Part shown: positions 24,207 through 37,257 of the stretch, piece by piece | Position numbering within the stretch: position 1 is the stretch's first letter | How the letters are laid out: the number at the start of each line of letters is the position of its first letter | NCBI GenBank assembly: GCA_030390025.1 | Contig: JASTWF010000338.1 | Location: 124,001 to 188,000, forward strand | Length of the DNA stretch: 64,000 nucleotides | Direction of reading: 5' to 3' | From: Squalus acanthias | Lineage: Eukaryota | Notes under the pieces: generated by a model | The model's input: the letters and a program-made list of their open reading frames with translations, nothing else | Database searches by the model: none | Told to the model about the DNA's origin: nothing | Position numbers and translations under genes: made by a program

Positions 24207-24609
24207 CCAGAGACTTGAGCACAAGAAACTACTAGGCTGACACACCAGTGTAGTACTGAGGGAGTGCTGCACTGTTGGAGGTGCTGTCTTTTGGGTTAGG
24301 CATTAAACCGAGGCCCCATCTGCCCACACAGTTGGATGTGAAAGATCACATGGCACTAATTTGAAGAAGAGCAGGGCAGTTCTCTCCGGTGTCCTGGCCA
24401 ATATTTATCCCTCAATCAACATCGCTAAAAACAGAATTATGGTCATTATCACATTGCTGTTTGTGGGAGCTTGCTGTGTGCAAATTGGCTGCCGCGTTTC
24501 CTACATTACAATAGTGATTAATCTTCAAAAGAACTTCATTGGTTGAAAAGCACTTTGGGACGTCCTGAGGTAATTTAAGGCGCTATATAAATGTCTTACT
24601 TTCTTTCTG
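24207..24609 (+). mobile_element. DeuSINE (SacSINE1/AmnSINE1-like), 5'-truncated
   Basis: TACTGAGGGAGTGCTGCACTG...GGCCAATATTTATCCCTCAA...GGCGCTATATAAATG matches the Deu-domain SINE consensus as I recall it. Confidence 0.8.
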
Positions 24610-24894
24610 TCAAAACACATGCATATACTTCCCAGATTGCAGTCAGATACTTCCCAGAACACATTTGCGATCCCATAACACATTCATGTATTTCCCAAAA
24701 CACATTCATACAGAACATCCCAGAAAAAATGATATACTTCCCAGATCACGTTCATGTACTTCACAGACCACATTCCTATACTTCCCATTTATATACTTCC
24801 CAGTATACATTCCTAGAACAGATTCATATACTTCCCTATACACATTAATGTATTTCCCAGAGCACTTTCATGTACCCAGAACCCATTCATCATA

Positions 24895-25712
24895 CTTAGA
24901 ATGTGGAACTCACTAACACAAGGAGCAGTTGTGGAGAATAACATAGATGAATTTCAGGGGATGCGACATAAACACATGAGGGAGAAAGGAGTAGAAGGTT
25001 ATGCTGATAGGGTTGGATGAAGAGGGGTGGGAGGAGGCTCGTGTGGAGGATAAACACTGACATAGACCTGTTGGGCCAAATGGCCTGTTTCTGTGCTGTA
25101 CATGTTGTGTGATTCTATGTAATGTAATAGAAACCTTTATAAATCACCAGATTCAGCCTCAGCTGCAGTATTGTCTCAAATTCTGGGCCCCACACTTTAG
25201 GAAGGATGTCACAGCCTTGGAAAGGGTGCAGAGGAGATTTACTAGAATGGTACCAGGAATGAGGGACTTCAGTTAGGTGGCGAGATTAGAGAAGCTGGAG
25301 TTGTTCATCTTAGAGCAGAGAAAGCTAAGGGGAGATTTAATGGAGGCCTTCAAAATCATGAAGGGTTTTGATAGAGGAAATCAGGAGCAACTGTTTCCAC
25401 TGGCAGAAGGGTCGATAACCAGAGGACACAAACTTAAGGAAATTGGCAAAAGAGTCAGAGGTTAGATTAGGAGAATTTTTTTTATGCAGCGAGTTATTAT
25501 GACCTGGAATGCACAGCCTGCAAGGATGGTGGAAGCAGATTTAATTGTAACTTTCAAAAAGAATTGGTTAAATACTTGAAGGGGAGAAAATTGCAAGGCT
25601 ATGTGGAAAGAGCAGGGCAGTGGGACTAATTGGATAGTTCTTTCAAAGAGCCGGCACAGGCACGATGGGCTGAATGGCCTCCTTCTGTGCTGGACGATTC
25701 TATGATTCTATA
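24895..25712 (+). mobile_element. CR1 LINE 3' fragments
   Basis: RLEKLELFILEQRKLRGDL...TRGHKLK; tail GGGCTGAATGGCCTCCTTCTGTGCTG...(ATTCTATG)n. Confidence 0.85.
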
Positions 25713-26358
25713 AGGGAATTCCTATAATAAGTAATCCTTCTTCAGTATTTGGCATTTACACAGCTGGTACCTTACCAAAGTTGTCTTTCGTAGTGTACTG
25801 TAACGCACCCAATGTTAAATCCTCATTGTAACTATCTGTGTCCTCCAGGATTATTTCCATGGCCTGGTGGCTGATAGAATAAGGGTGATTTTAAAATGCT
25901 ATTAAAGTGTTCAGAACTCAAATGTCAGAGCATTGGAATCACCATGGAACTCCATGGAACCATTCAGGTTTACAGCACAGAAGGAAGTCATTTGGACCTT
26001 GTGTCTGTGTCAGCTCTGGGCGAGATATGATTGAATCATAGAATCAGAGAAAGATTGGGAGTCCACCAGCAATAGAACAGAATTGCCCATGGAAAACCAA
26101 AAAAGTTACTTGAGAGATGGAAGAAAGAAAGAGAGCGACCTCATTTAAAGGCAGCCTAATTTAAGGAGAAGAGTCTGAACTGGACGTGGCAGAAACAAGT
26201 GAGAGGAAGAGAAGAGCAGCTCATTTCAAGGGTGTCTGACAGGGTGGGTGAAGATGTCGCTGGTAGGGCCGAGGTAGAAGACCACTTGTATCTTTCTTAA
26301 TCCTCCCCATAGCAGCAACTTATTTGGTTTATCTAGAGAAACAGAATATGAAGAGATT

Positions 26359-27048
26359 GGCCCGTATTTTCCGATCCCTACGGGTGTGTACGAGCTGTGT
26401 ATACACCCGTAGCGACCTCGCAAGTGCCGGTTTCAGGCATGTGAAGTGCATGGACTGAAAACTGGCACTCCCGATCGGTCAAGAATCCTCTTGACAGATC
26501 GCACGCCTGCCCTGGAGAAGGGCCTCTGCGGGTGGAGAGTTCCGCTTTCTGTAGAACCTCCGCCCGCTGAAATCACTTAAAAAATCTTACACCTGGTAAA
26601 AAAAAAATTTCACTCATTTATAATTTTAAAATACTTTTAGAAAAGGTAAGATTCATTTTAGCCCCGTAAAAAATTATTTTTTTGTTTAAAATATTTAATT
26701 TAATGTAATTTTAACTAATTTTAAAAACGTGATAAAAAAAATGTATTTAATGTTTTGATGTGTTTTTTGAGTGATCCCCATTCATACTTTTGACAGGTCT
26801 AAGCTGAGATTCCTGTCAAAGTGTGAAGGGGGATTCCCTTCTTTCATTAGTTCCCCATGGCCCACGTGATCCCAGGGATGCTGGTGAACCGCCTGCGCCC
26901 CTGGGATTCCTGGGCCCTGCGCATTTCGTAGAGCAGAGGCCCAGGAGCGGAAATGTCCGGACCTCCGGAGCCCTCAGGTAAGGGCGTAGATTTTTTCCAG
27001 ATCGGAGGCCTCCACACGCAGGAAGCCTCCAATGGGAAAATACGGGCC
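26359..27048. mobile_element. MITE, copy A
   Basis: Perfect 14-bp TIR GGCCCGTATTTTCC / GGAAAATACGGGCC; flanks ATT / GTT; AT-rich centre. Confidence 0.75.
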
Positions 27049-28231
27049 GTTGTATATTCGGCGGTTACCATGACGGTCCTCTGTAGTTTTTGTAGGTGCC
27101 TGATCGTGTTGTACCTTTGTTTGCGCTCCCAAACCTTTACACAGGCAAGCTGCAGATGATCCAGAAAAACCTGCAGCAGCCACTGGCCCTGGAATGCCTG
27201 TGTCCCCAACAGGTTCGGCTGCACGGCTGCTCAGGATCACTAAGTCTTCTTCCTCATGAGGGGTCAGCTGTCTGTTACCAGAGGGACCACAACTCATGAC
27301 CTGAGATTCTGGGTGGTTCTGGCTCACTTCCTCCTGTGAGAAAGAAGAGAAGAAGACATGAGTTCTGTAGTGAAGGCTGGACTGACATTCTGATTGAGGC
27401 ATGTGCCTCGCTGTATTTATATTCGGCTGCTTTTCCCGACCCAACACCATTGTGGGAGCACCAACAACACAAGGACTGCAGCAATTCAAGAAGAGGGCCC
27501 ACCACCACCTTCTGAGGGCTATTGGGGATGGGCAATAAATACGACTTTGCGCAAGCGCAAAATTTAACATTGGAAAAGCGGGTCCCGGGCTGGGCTGGAC
27601 CGGCAGAGAGCTGCGCGGCCGTTAGAGGGAGCATTGGTCAGGAGCCCACTGTTTGCTGCCATTTTTGTGCCAGCTCATTTTACTTTTGTCACTAAGAGAT
27701 GGAAAGACATTTTGTCAATGCTAGTTTGATGATCACGTTAGATTTTGTGTCTTGTGGAAACATTTGAGTCGTGTTTTGCAGAGAGTGAAAAACTTGCTTC
27801 AAGAAATTATGTTAAAATCTACCTTCTGATCCAAAAAAGATCTTTCATTTAATTGATAAATACATTACTGCTTGTCCATTAAATGAGAGGCTTGATACAG
27901 TCCCATCATTAAATTATCTCAGCAATAATTCCCATAATTAGTGATGTGTATCAGGAAATGGAAGTTTTATTGCCTCCGAAATAATGTCCCTTTGCTTGCA
28001 AGGCTTCCTGGCATAATACACCAATCCGAATCTTCGCACCTTACACCAAACCATATTCCCATTTGATTTCCAGATTTTCAATTGTTTGCCGAATATAAAA
28101 TTTGGGAACCAATTATTTAACCCCTTTTTGATCTGATTAATTAAAGACCTCCAATCATACTACACAGAATTTCCTTTGAGATCAATTGTTCCTTATAGTT
28201 TTTGTTGTTCCCACAATTAGTATTTCGATTA

Positions 28232-29035
28232 GGAAAGACAGTCACAAATGACATCCTGTGTGACTGTGACAAAGGCAAACTATCCCTCCTCGACCTTCTC
28301 GACCTGTCTGCAGCCTTTGACACGGTTGACCACTCCATCCTTCTCCAACACCTCTCCACCGTCGTCCAGCTGGGTGGGACTGCACGCGCCTGGTTCCATT
28401 ATTATCTGTCTAATAATCGTAGCCAGAGAATCACCTGCAATGGCTTCGCTTCCCGCTCCTGCATTGTTACCTCTGGTGTTCCCCAAGGATCTATTCTTGG
28501 CCCCCTCCAATATCTCATCTACATGCTGTCCCCTCGGTGACATCATCTGAAATCACAGCGTCAGTTTCCACATGTACGCTGATGACACCCAGCTCTAACT
28601 CACCACCACTCCTCTCGACCCCTCCACTGTCTGTAAGTTGTCAGACTGCTTGTCCGACATCCAGTACTGGATGAACAGAAATTTCCTCGAACTAAATATT
28701 GGGAAGACCAAAGGCATTGCCTTCGCCTCCACCACAAACTCTGCTCCCTAGCCAACAACTCCATCCCAATCTCTAGATTCTGTCTAATACTGAACCATAC
28801 TGTTCGCAACCTTGGTGTCATATTTGACCCTGAAATGAGCTTCTGACTACATATCCACACCATCACTAAGACCAACTATTTCCACCTCCGTAACATTGCC
28901 TGACTCACTCCTGCCTCAGCTCATCTCTGCTGAAACCCTCATCCATGTTTTTGTTACCTCTAGACTTGACTCTTCCAATGCACTCCTGGCTGGTCTCCCA
29001 CGTTCCACCCTACATAAACTGGAGGTCATCCAAAA
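28232..29035 (+). mobile_element. L2-type LINE RT fragment
   Basis: LDLSAAFDTVDH...GVPQGSILGP...YADDTQL. Confidence 0.88.
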
Positions 29036-29830
29036 CATAAGAACATAAGAAATAGGTGCAGGAGTCGGCCATTTGGCCCTTCGAGCCTGCTCCGCCATTC
29101 AATAAGATCATGGCTGATCTTCTACTTCATCTTCACTTTCCTGCACTATCCCCATATCCTTTGATTCCCTTAATATTCAAAAATCTATCGATCCCTGTCT
29201 TGAATATACTCAACGACTGAGCCTCCACAGCCTTCTGGGGTAGAGAATTCCAAAGATTCACCACCCTCTGAGTGAAGAAATTTCTCCTCATCTCAGTCCT
29301 AAATGGCCGACCCCTTATTCTGAGACTGTGACCCCTGGTTCTAGGCTCCCCAGCCAGGGGAAACGTCCTCCCTGCATCTACCCTGTCAAGGCCTGTAAGA
29401 ATTGTATATGTTTCAATGAGATCACCTCTCATTCTTCTAAACTCTAGAGAATATAGGCCTAGTCTACTCAATCTGTCCTCATAGGACAATCCCCCATCCC
29501 AGGTGAACCTTCGTTGCACTCCCTCTATGGCAAGTATATCCTTCCTTAGGTAAGGAGACCAAAACTGTACACAATACTCCAGCTGTGGTCTCACCAGGGC
29601 CCTATATAATTGCAGTAAGACGTCTTTGCTCTTATACTCAAATCCTCTTGTATTAAAGGCCAACATACCATTTGCTTTCCTAAATGATTGCTGTACCTGC
29701 ATGTTAACTTTCAGTGATTCGTGTATAAGGAGACCCAGGTCCCACTGAACACCAACATTTCCCAATCTCTCACCATTTAAAAAACTCTGCTTTTCTATTT
29801 TTCCTACCAAAGTGGATAACTTCACATAAC
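29036..29830 (-). mobile_element. CR1 LINE 3' end
   Basis: ORF 29133..29825 (LYRALVRPQLEYCVQFWSP...RRNFFTQRVVNLWNSLP); (TTCTTATG)n tail. Confidence 0.92.
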
Positions 29831-30839
29831 TTTCGCAGTAGTGAGCGTGGTGGTGTCACTCCGAGCTGAAACTTAAAAACCGAATACAGCTTGTCTTTCC
29901 ATTCAGCAATTCAATGTGGCAAATAGAAGTAAGGGGTTAATTACATGTTCACTGTGAAAAACCCTTGGGGGTGGGGAGGAGTCAGCCAGCACAATGGCAG
30001 TTTCAGACCTGCTGTTTAATCAATAAAAAAGTGCATTAAAAGTTCAAATTGTAACTTTGTAAATCTCCAAAGCTGCTTTTTATCCTCTTTAAAAAAAAGT
30101 CTTTGTGTGTTTCAACAGTGGAATAAAATAAATTTCATTCAGAATAAATCCACACCAGCGTCTTGAATTTAAAATGTCCAATTTTCATTAAAGGACAAGG
30201 GGGGAAAATTGAGTTGCGCCAACTTTGGGGCGCTAACTTCGCCGGGGCGGTCATTTTAGTGCCCCAAAAATAATTAGCGCCCCCACAGCCGAAATTGAAT
30301 GGTAGTGCCCCAAGAGGGAAGCGGGGTGCGACTGGAAGCGCCCCACCTCCCTCTTGGGGCACTGCGAGGGAATAGGACGCTAAAAGAGTGTGACATTAAT
30401 TTCAGCTTACCAACCATATTCACGCTCTCAGCGTCACACTCCAGGTACCTCAATCACACTCAATCACTGAATCCTTATTTGCTCTCATCCCCCTTAAAAA
30501 AATATATGAATTCCCTGTAAAGGTTCTGAACTCACAGGTCGTAGGCCCAAGGAACATCAACATAGTTTAAATAAGTAGATGTCTGTAGTGGCCCTCCACA
30601 GAAATCCGGTATTATAATTTGATAATTTGATCAGACACTCAGCCTGTCAACTTAAAAACTCATGTGAGAAAGACCTTTAGTCAGACTTGTATTGGCTCCT
30701 GTTTAAAAGTGTTCTCCTTCTCATCCGTTGCTGGAAGGACGGGGTGTAGTGAATGGAAAGGGGCTCCTGGGGAGTGTAAATTGTTGTTGCTGTTGTTGAA
30801 GTACATGAATGCATTCTGGGAAGTGTATGAATGTGTTCT

Positions 30840-31530
30840 CGAATCATTGAATCAAGCAGAACAGAAGGAGGCCGTTTGGCCCATCGAGCCGGTGCTGCCT
30901 CTGATCAATCTACCAATTAGGACCACTCTCCGCTCTTTCCCCATAGCCCTGCAAATTGTTCCTTTTTAACTCGCGATCCTATTCCCAATTTAAAAGTTAC
31001 GATTGAATCTGCTCCCACCACCCTTTCAGGCAAAGCATTCCGGATCAGAACAACTCTCAGGGTAAAAATAAATTCTCCTCATCTCCCCCCTGGCTTTTTT
31101 GACAATTATTTTAAATCTGTGTCCTCTGCTAACCGACTCTCCTGCCAGTGGAAACAGTTTCGCCCTATCGACTCGATCAAAACCCCTCACAAACACTTTT
31201 ATTAAATCTCCCCTTAACATTCTCTGCTCTAAGAAGAGCAATCCCAGCTTCTCTGGTCTATCCCGATAACTGAAACCCTTCATCGCTGGAACCATTCTAG
31301 TTAATGTCCTCTGCACCCTCTCCAAGGCCTTGACCCCTTTCTAAATTCTGGTGCCCAGATTTGTGAGCAATCCTCTAGCTGAGGTCTAAACATTGATTTA
31401 TTAAGGTTTAGCATAACATCCTTGCATTTGTACACTAAGCCGCTATTTATAAAACCAAGGATCCCTTCTGCTTTTTTAACAGCTTTATCAACTTTTTCTT
31501 CCATGTTCAAAGCTTTATGTATGTGAACAC
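30840..31530 (-). mobile_element. CR1 LINE 3' fragment
   Basis: KAVKKAEGILGFIN...RPQLEDCSQIW...LRGDLIKV...RGHRFK. Confidence 0.8.
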
Positions 31531-31656
31531 CCTGTATATCTGGAGAGTATCGGAATGTGTTCTGGGAAATACATGGATGTGTTTTGGGTCGATGAATGTG
31601 TGCTGGATATATAAATGTGTTTTGGGAGTATATGAATGTGTTCTGAGACATTACAT

Positions 31657-32180
31657 CATTGAAGGCCATGGGATTAAAGGGCCAGTGGCAGCGTGGATAC
31701 AAAATTGTCTGAGGGACAGAAAGCAGAGAGCAGTGGTGAACGGGTGTTTTCGAGTGATGAGCCCAGGGGTCGCTATTCAGACCACTGCTCATTTTGATAG
31801 ATATCAATGACCTGGAATTGGATATACAGGGCATCATTTCCTACTTTGCAGATGACACGAAACTCCTGTTTAGTGAGGAGGATAGTAGCAGACTTCAGGA
31901 GGACTTAGACAGACTGGTGAAATGGGCCGACACATGGCAGATGGAATTTAACGCAGAGAAGTGTGAAGTGATACATTTTGGAAGGAAGAATGAGGAAAGG
32001 CAACATAAACAAAATGGTCCAATGTTAAAGGGAGTTCAGGTACAGAGAGACCTGAGGGTTTAGGTACAAAAATCTTTGTAGCTGGACGAACCAGTTATTC
32101 AGATTGTGAAAAAGCAAACGGGATCCTTGACTTTATAAATTGAGGCAGAGTAAAAAAGAAAGGAAGTTATGTTAAAGTAT
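31657..32180 (+). mobile_element. CR1 RT fragment (empty pre-integration site of the Penelope tandem at ~32137-32144)
   Basis: FADDTKL...LQEDLDRLVKWADTWQMEFNAEKCEV. Confidence 0.85.
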
Positions 32181-32734
32181 TTACCAGGGAGACTAAGGTA
32201 TTTTGGGGTCAGATTTCATCGATAAATTTGGTGTAATTGTGGATTATGCGAATGATCTGTTGTGTTTGTGAAAGGACACTATCACGGCAGAGTGGTATCG
32301 GACACGCGTGCTGTTTCTGTGATTGAGGATCCCGAGACATACGAGTAGTTACACACAGACCCGGACACACAAGCTCTGTTAACTCAGTATCGGGCCGCGC
32401 TCGCTACTCACAAGCACGATGGCGGGCGCTGATAGAGGAGGAGGTGGTGAACGGGCCGGCCCATGTTAAAGTAAAACAGTTCCCCATTCCAGCTGAGAGT
32501 CCGTTAGCGCTACAAACCACCATAGACACATTGCTGCAGCAGGGCGTTATACGGCCGGACACTTTTACAACTAATTCACCAATTTGGCCAGTTAAGAAAC
32601 TAGATGGGAGTTGTTGACTCTCGGTCGATTACCGAACCTTAAGCATGGTAACGCCGGCACGTGTCCTCATAGAGCGAGAGACGCCCACATTACTGTCCCA
32701 AATACCAAGGAAAACCAGGTAGCTCTTCAACCTG

Positions 32735-33180
32735 AAGTCGCACAACACCAGGTTATAGTCCAACAGATTTATTTAATTTTACAAGCTTTCGGAGCTGTTC
32801 GCTCCTTCTTCAGGTAAGGTAGCTGTGAGAGAATCTCCCAGAATTCACAATATAAACACAGAAAAAATCTATTCAAATCTTTCCCTACATCAAAGACACA
32901 CTAAGAGCACAGCCAAGACAATGAGATGTGTCCCAGGGGGTCCAACGTGTCAAAACACCTGCTGGCTGCATATCCTCTCCATTTGTTGTGTTAGTCTTTT
33001 TAAAACAAAACCTGGAAAGACCGGCCATGATGTCAAGTCACGTTCTGTATCGTGACATGAACCCGATATCGCGATTGAGGCCATCCTCATGAGTGCGGAA
33101 CTTGGCTATCAGTTTCTGCTCTATGATTTTGCGCTGTCGTGTATCCCGAAGGCCGCCTTGGAGAATGCTTACCCGCAGAT
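32735..33180 (-). mobile_element. 5'-truncated Penelope-like element with a 12-bp TSD
   Basis: Homologous to 58068-58625 (KLIAKFRTHEDGLNRD). TSD CTCTTCAACCTG at 32723-32734 and 33181-33192. Confidence 0.9.
32779..32817 (-). ncRNA. Minimal type-I hammerhead ribozyme (older Penelope copy)
   Basis: UUAC-CUGAAGA-A-GGAGC gaaca GCUCC-GAAA-GCUU-GUAA. Confidence 0.75.
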
Positions 33181-34339
33181 CTCTTCAACCTGGACATTGT
33201 AAATGGTATTTGGAGCATTCCCATCTGGCAGAAAGTGCAGAGCACTGATCAGCACAAGGTGGACATTATTCAAAGACTTCCCCTACCAGTTTCAAAGACA
33301 GCCCTGAGGTCACTCCTCGGATTAGTGGGGTACCAGCGATCCTTTATTCCCCACTTCGCAGAGGGAGCAAAACCATTGTAGGAATTTTTGAACTTACCGA
33401 GTGACGAGATAAAGGCACACAGTTTGCTGCCGTGTTTGTGCCAGCTCATTTTACTTTTGTCACGAGGAGACAGAAGGACATTTTGTCAGTGCTTGTTTGA
33501 TGATCATGTTTGATTTTGTGTCTTGTGGAAACATTTGAGTTGTGTTTTATTGAAGGTTAAGAAATACCTGCTTTAAGAAATTTTAATAAAATTTACCTCA
33601 TGTGCCAAAAAGATCTTTAATCTTACATTCCTGTTGTCCATTAAAAAAGAGGCTTGATACAGTCCCATCATTAAATAATCTTCACAATGATTCCCATAAT
33701 CAGTGATGTGTATCTGGAAATTGAAGTCTTATTGCTTCATACATTGACTTCTCGGGGATTTATGTTCAGTTTACACGGTGTTTTTAAAGTGTCAGTCAGG
33801 GGAAGAGATGTCAGTGCTGGGGGCTGGAATGTTCTCCACATTTCAGATGACCCCCAGTCAGCATCAAGTACTCCTGGACCGAGTGTAGCACAGACAGCTG
33901 CAGAGTAAAGTCCCATATGGAACCTCAGCCCAAAGCTCACAAGAGCAATCACTCCTCCACCAGTTGGACACTTCCATTTCCCACACCACTTGATCTTTTC
34001 CCCACTCGGAGTCAGATTACCAATGAGCGGACAGTTACAGCCATCCTTTGAGATGAAAGGATCATTTCCTGTCCACTTTACCACCCGTCCCACAGCTGAT
34101 CTCACTCGTCTCAGGCAAGTCAAAGCTTCAACACTGTTCCCCAGTGGTTGATGCTCAGAAATATTGGGGTGGAAATTATTTATGGCCCGTTTTTGGGCCA
34201 TAACCAGCGGTGCACCGACAGCGCATGTCCGAAGCCTGAGGCCGGCCTGAAATTGGATGTGGGCATCACCGGCAAGGCCAGCATTTATTGCCAATCCCTA
34301 ATTGTCCTCGAGAAGGTGGTGGTGAGCCGCCTTCTTCAA

Positions 34340-34662
34340 TATAACTGAGTGGCTTGCTCGGCTCTTCAGAGGGCAGTTCAGAGTCAGCCACATTGCTGTG
34401 GGTCTGGAGTCACATCCAGGTAAGGACGGCAGATTTCCTTCCCTAAAGGACATTAGTGAACCAGATGGGTTTTTACAACAATCCGGTCGTTTCATGGTCA
34501 CCATTACTGATGCTAGCTTTTTATTCCAGATTTATTTATTTAATTAATTGAATTATAAATTCCACAGTTGCCGCGGTGGGATTATGAACTGATGTTACCG
34601 GGTGATTAGTCCAGACCTCTGGATTACTAGTCCAGTAACATAACCACGATGCTACCGTACCC
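34340..34662 (-). mobile_element. tRNA-derived SINE
   Basis: Minus-strand head GGTACGGTAGCATCGTGGTT (A-box-like) ... GTTCATAATCCC (B-box-like). Adjacent 34255-34338 is an inverted LINE 3' tail. Confidence 0.6.
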
Positions 34663-35024
34663 CATAAAGTACCAATCATTGCAGGAGCAGTCTCTGTACA
34701 CAATGCAAATCAATGACACATTGGTTTCATTGCCCTACATACAGATACAGTCAGATCTACGAGAACCATCGTCAAGTACACTATTGGACTCTTCAATCAA
34801 TAATCCTGATGTCTCGACAGATCTGTGGGCTTCCTCCAATACGGCCAGGCAGAATGTGACGCATCATCGTGATTTGTTCCAGCTTCACAGTTTTGTGGCT
34901 CAGTTGGTACGGAGTGGAGCTATATTCGGGGGTGATGCACAGCCAAATATAGAGGAAAAACAAGTCAGCCTGGAAGGCAGAGCAAATATGCAACGGCACA
35001 AGGGAGTATGGCAAGGCTGGATAG

Positions 35025-37257
35025 CAGTTATTTTAATGCAAGGATTCTTGCGAGTAAGGTAGATGAATTGAAGGTGTTGATGAACACATGGGAGTATGAT
35101 ATTGTTGCTATCACAGAGACATGGTTGAGGGAGGGGCAGGACTGGCAGCTCAATATTCCGGGGTATAGAATCTTCAGGTGAGACAGAGGGGGGTGTAAAA
35201 GAGGAGGGGGTGTCGCAATATTAATCAAGGAGTCAATTACTGCTGTAAGGAGGGATGATATCTTAGCAGGTTCCTCTAATGAGGCCATATGGGTAGAACT
35301 TAAAAACAAAAAGGGGGCAAGCACTTTGCTGGGAGTGTACTATAGGCCCCCAAACAGTCAGGGGGAGATAGAGGAACAGATATGTAGGCAACTCTCAGAG
35401 AAGTGTAGAAATAATAGGGTAATAATAGTAGGGGATTTCAACTTCCCCAATATTAACTGGGATAGTCAGAGTGTGAAAGGCTTAGAGGGCGCAGAATTCT
35501 TAAAGTGCATCCAGGAGAGCTTTTTGAGCCAGCATGTAGAAAGTTCTACAAGAGAGGGGGTGGTACTGGACCTAATTCTAGGGAATGTAGCCGGGCAAGT
35601 GGTAGAAGTGTCAGTAGGAGAGCATTTTGGTGACAGTGACCATAATTCGGTGAGATTTAAGGTAGTCATGGAAAAGGACAAAGATGGACCGGAAATAAAG
35701 GTTCTAAATTGGGGGAAGGCCGATTTTAATATGATAAGGCAGGATCTGGCCAAAGTGGACTGGGATCAGCTACTTGTAGGAAAATCCACATCAGAGCAGT
35801 GGGAGTCTTTCAGAAAGGAAATAGAGAGAGTACAACGCCAACATGCTCCTGTAAAGGTCAAGGGTGGGACCAACAAGCCCAGGGAACTCTGGATGTCAAG
35901 GGATATACAAGAATGGATTAGGAAAAAAAGGGAGGCTTTTGGCAGATACAAAGGACTAAAAACAGTGGAAGCCCTAGAGGAGTATAGTAAGTGCAGGGGG
36001 GTACTTAAAAACGAAATTAGGAGAGCGAAGAGGGGGCATGAAAAAACACTTGTGGGCAAAATAAAGGAAAATTCCAAGGTGTTTTATAAATATATTAAGG
36101 GCAAGAGGATAACCAGGGAAAGAGTAGGGCCCATTGGGGACCAAAGTGGCAATCTGTGTGTAGAGCCGGAAGATGTAGGTGAGGTTTTAAAATGAATATT
36201 TTGCATCTGTGTTCACTATGGAGAAGGACGATGTAGGCATAGAAATCAGGCAGGGGGATTGTGATATACTTGAACAAATTAGTATTGAGAGGGAGGAGAT
36301 ACTAGCAGTATTAGCGGGCTTAAAAGTGGATAAATCCCCAGGCCCAGACGAGATGTATCCCAGGCTGCTCTGTGAGGCAAGGGAGGAGATTGCAGGGGCT
36401 CTGACACAAATTTTCAGAACCGCTCTGGCCACAGGGGAGGTGCCAGAGGACTGGAGAACAGCTAACGTAGTACCATTATTCAAGAAGGGTAGTAGGGATA
36501 AACCAGGGAATTACAGGCCAGTGAGCCTAACATCAGTGGTAGGGAAATTCTAGGAAAAAATTCTGAGGGACAGAATTAGCAGGGATTAATCAGGGATAGT
36601 CAGCATGGCTTTGTCAGGGGGAGGTCATGTCTGACCAATTTGATTGAATTTTTCGAGGGGGTGACTGGATGTGTGGATGAGGGTAGTGCAGTTGATGTGG
36701 TCTACATGGACTTCAGTAAGGCTTTTGACAAATTCTCACATGGGAGACTGGTCAAGAAGGTCAGAGCCCATGGGATCCAGGGCAATTTGGCACATTGGAT
36801 CCAAAATTGGCTTAGTGGCAGGAGGCAGAGGGTGATGGTCGAAGGTTGTTTTTGTGACTGGAAGCCTGTGTCCAGTGGTGTACCGCAGGGATCGGTGCTG
36901 GGTCCTTTGCTGTTTGTAGTGTACATTAATGATTTAGATATGAATGTAGGAGGTATGATCAGTAAGTTCGCAGATGACACGAAAATTGGTGGAGTGGTAA
37001 ATAGCGAGGAGGGAAGCCTCAGGCTACATGACGATATAGACGGGATGGTTAGATGGGCAGAACAATGGCAAATGGAATTTAACCCTGAAAAGTGTGAGGT
37101 GATGCATTTTGGGAGGACTAACAAGGCAAGGGAATACACAATGAATGGTAGGACCCTAGGAAGGACAAAGGATCAGAGGGACCTTGGTGTGCATGTACAT
37201 AGATCCCTGAAGGCAGCAGGACAGGAAGATAAGGTGGTTAAGAAGGCGTATGGGATA
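35025..37257 (+). mobile_element. CR1 LINE ORF2 (APE endonuclease plus RT), degraded
   Basis: YDIVAITETWL; YYRPPNS; IVGDFNFP; LDLIL..SDHN; KSPGPD; DFSKAFDK; VPQGSVLGP; FADD. Frameshifts between the ORF pieces. Confidence 0.93.

Larger units (their letters stand above)
21149..32144 (+). repeat. Segmental duplication, copy A
   Basis: Collinear with 49006-58067; many identical ORF translations at offsets ~26222 and ~25924. Confidence 0.95.
32195..33415 (+). pseudogene. PR-RT relic of a second retrovirus-like lineage
   Basis: GILGSDFIDKFGVIVDY; ALATHKHD; TNSPIWPVKKLDGS..DYR; LDIVNGIWSIP; LPLPVSKTALRSLLGLVGYQRSFIPHFA. Stops and deletions are present. Confidence 0.82.

Noticed and set aside
26847..27634. 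Overlapping 119-198 aa ORFs, near-identical in the duplicate at 52771-53558
   Set aside because: They span MITE and LINE-tail junctions; identity reflects recent duplication, not selection.
33737..34294. 185-aa minus-strand ORF
   Set aside because: It crosses several repeat boundaries and has no recognisable domain.
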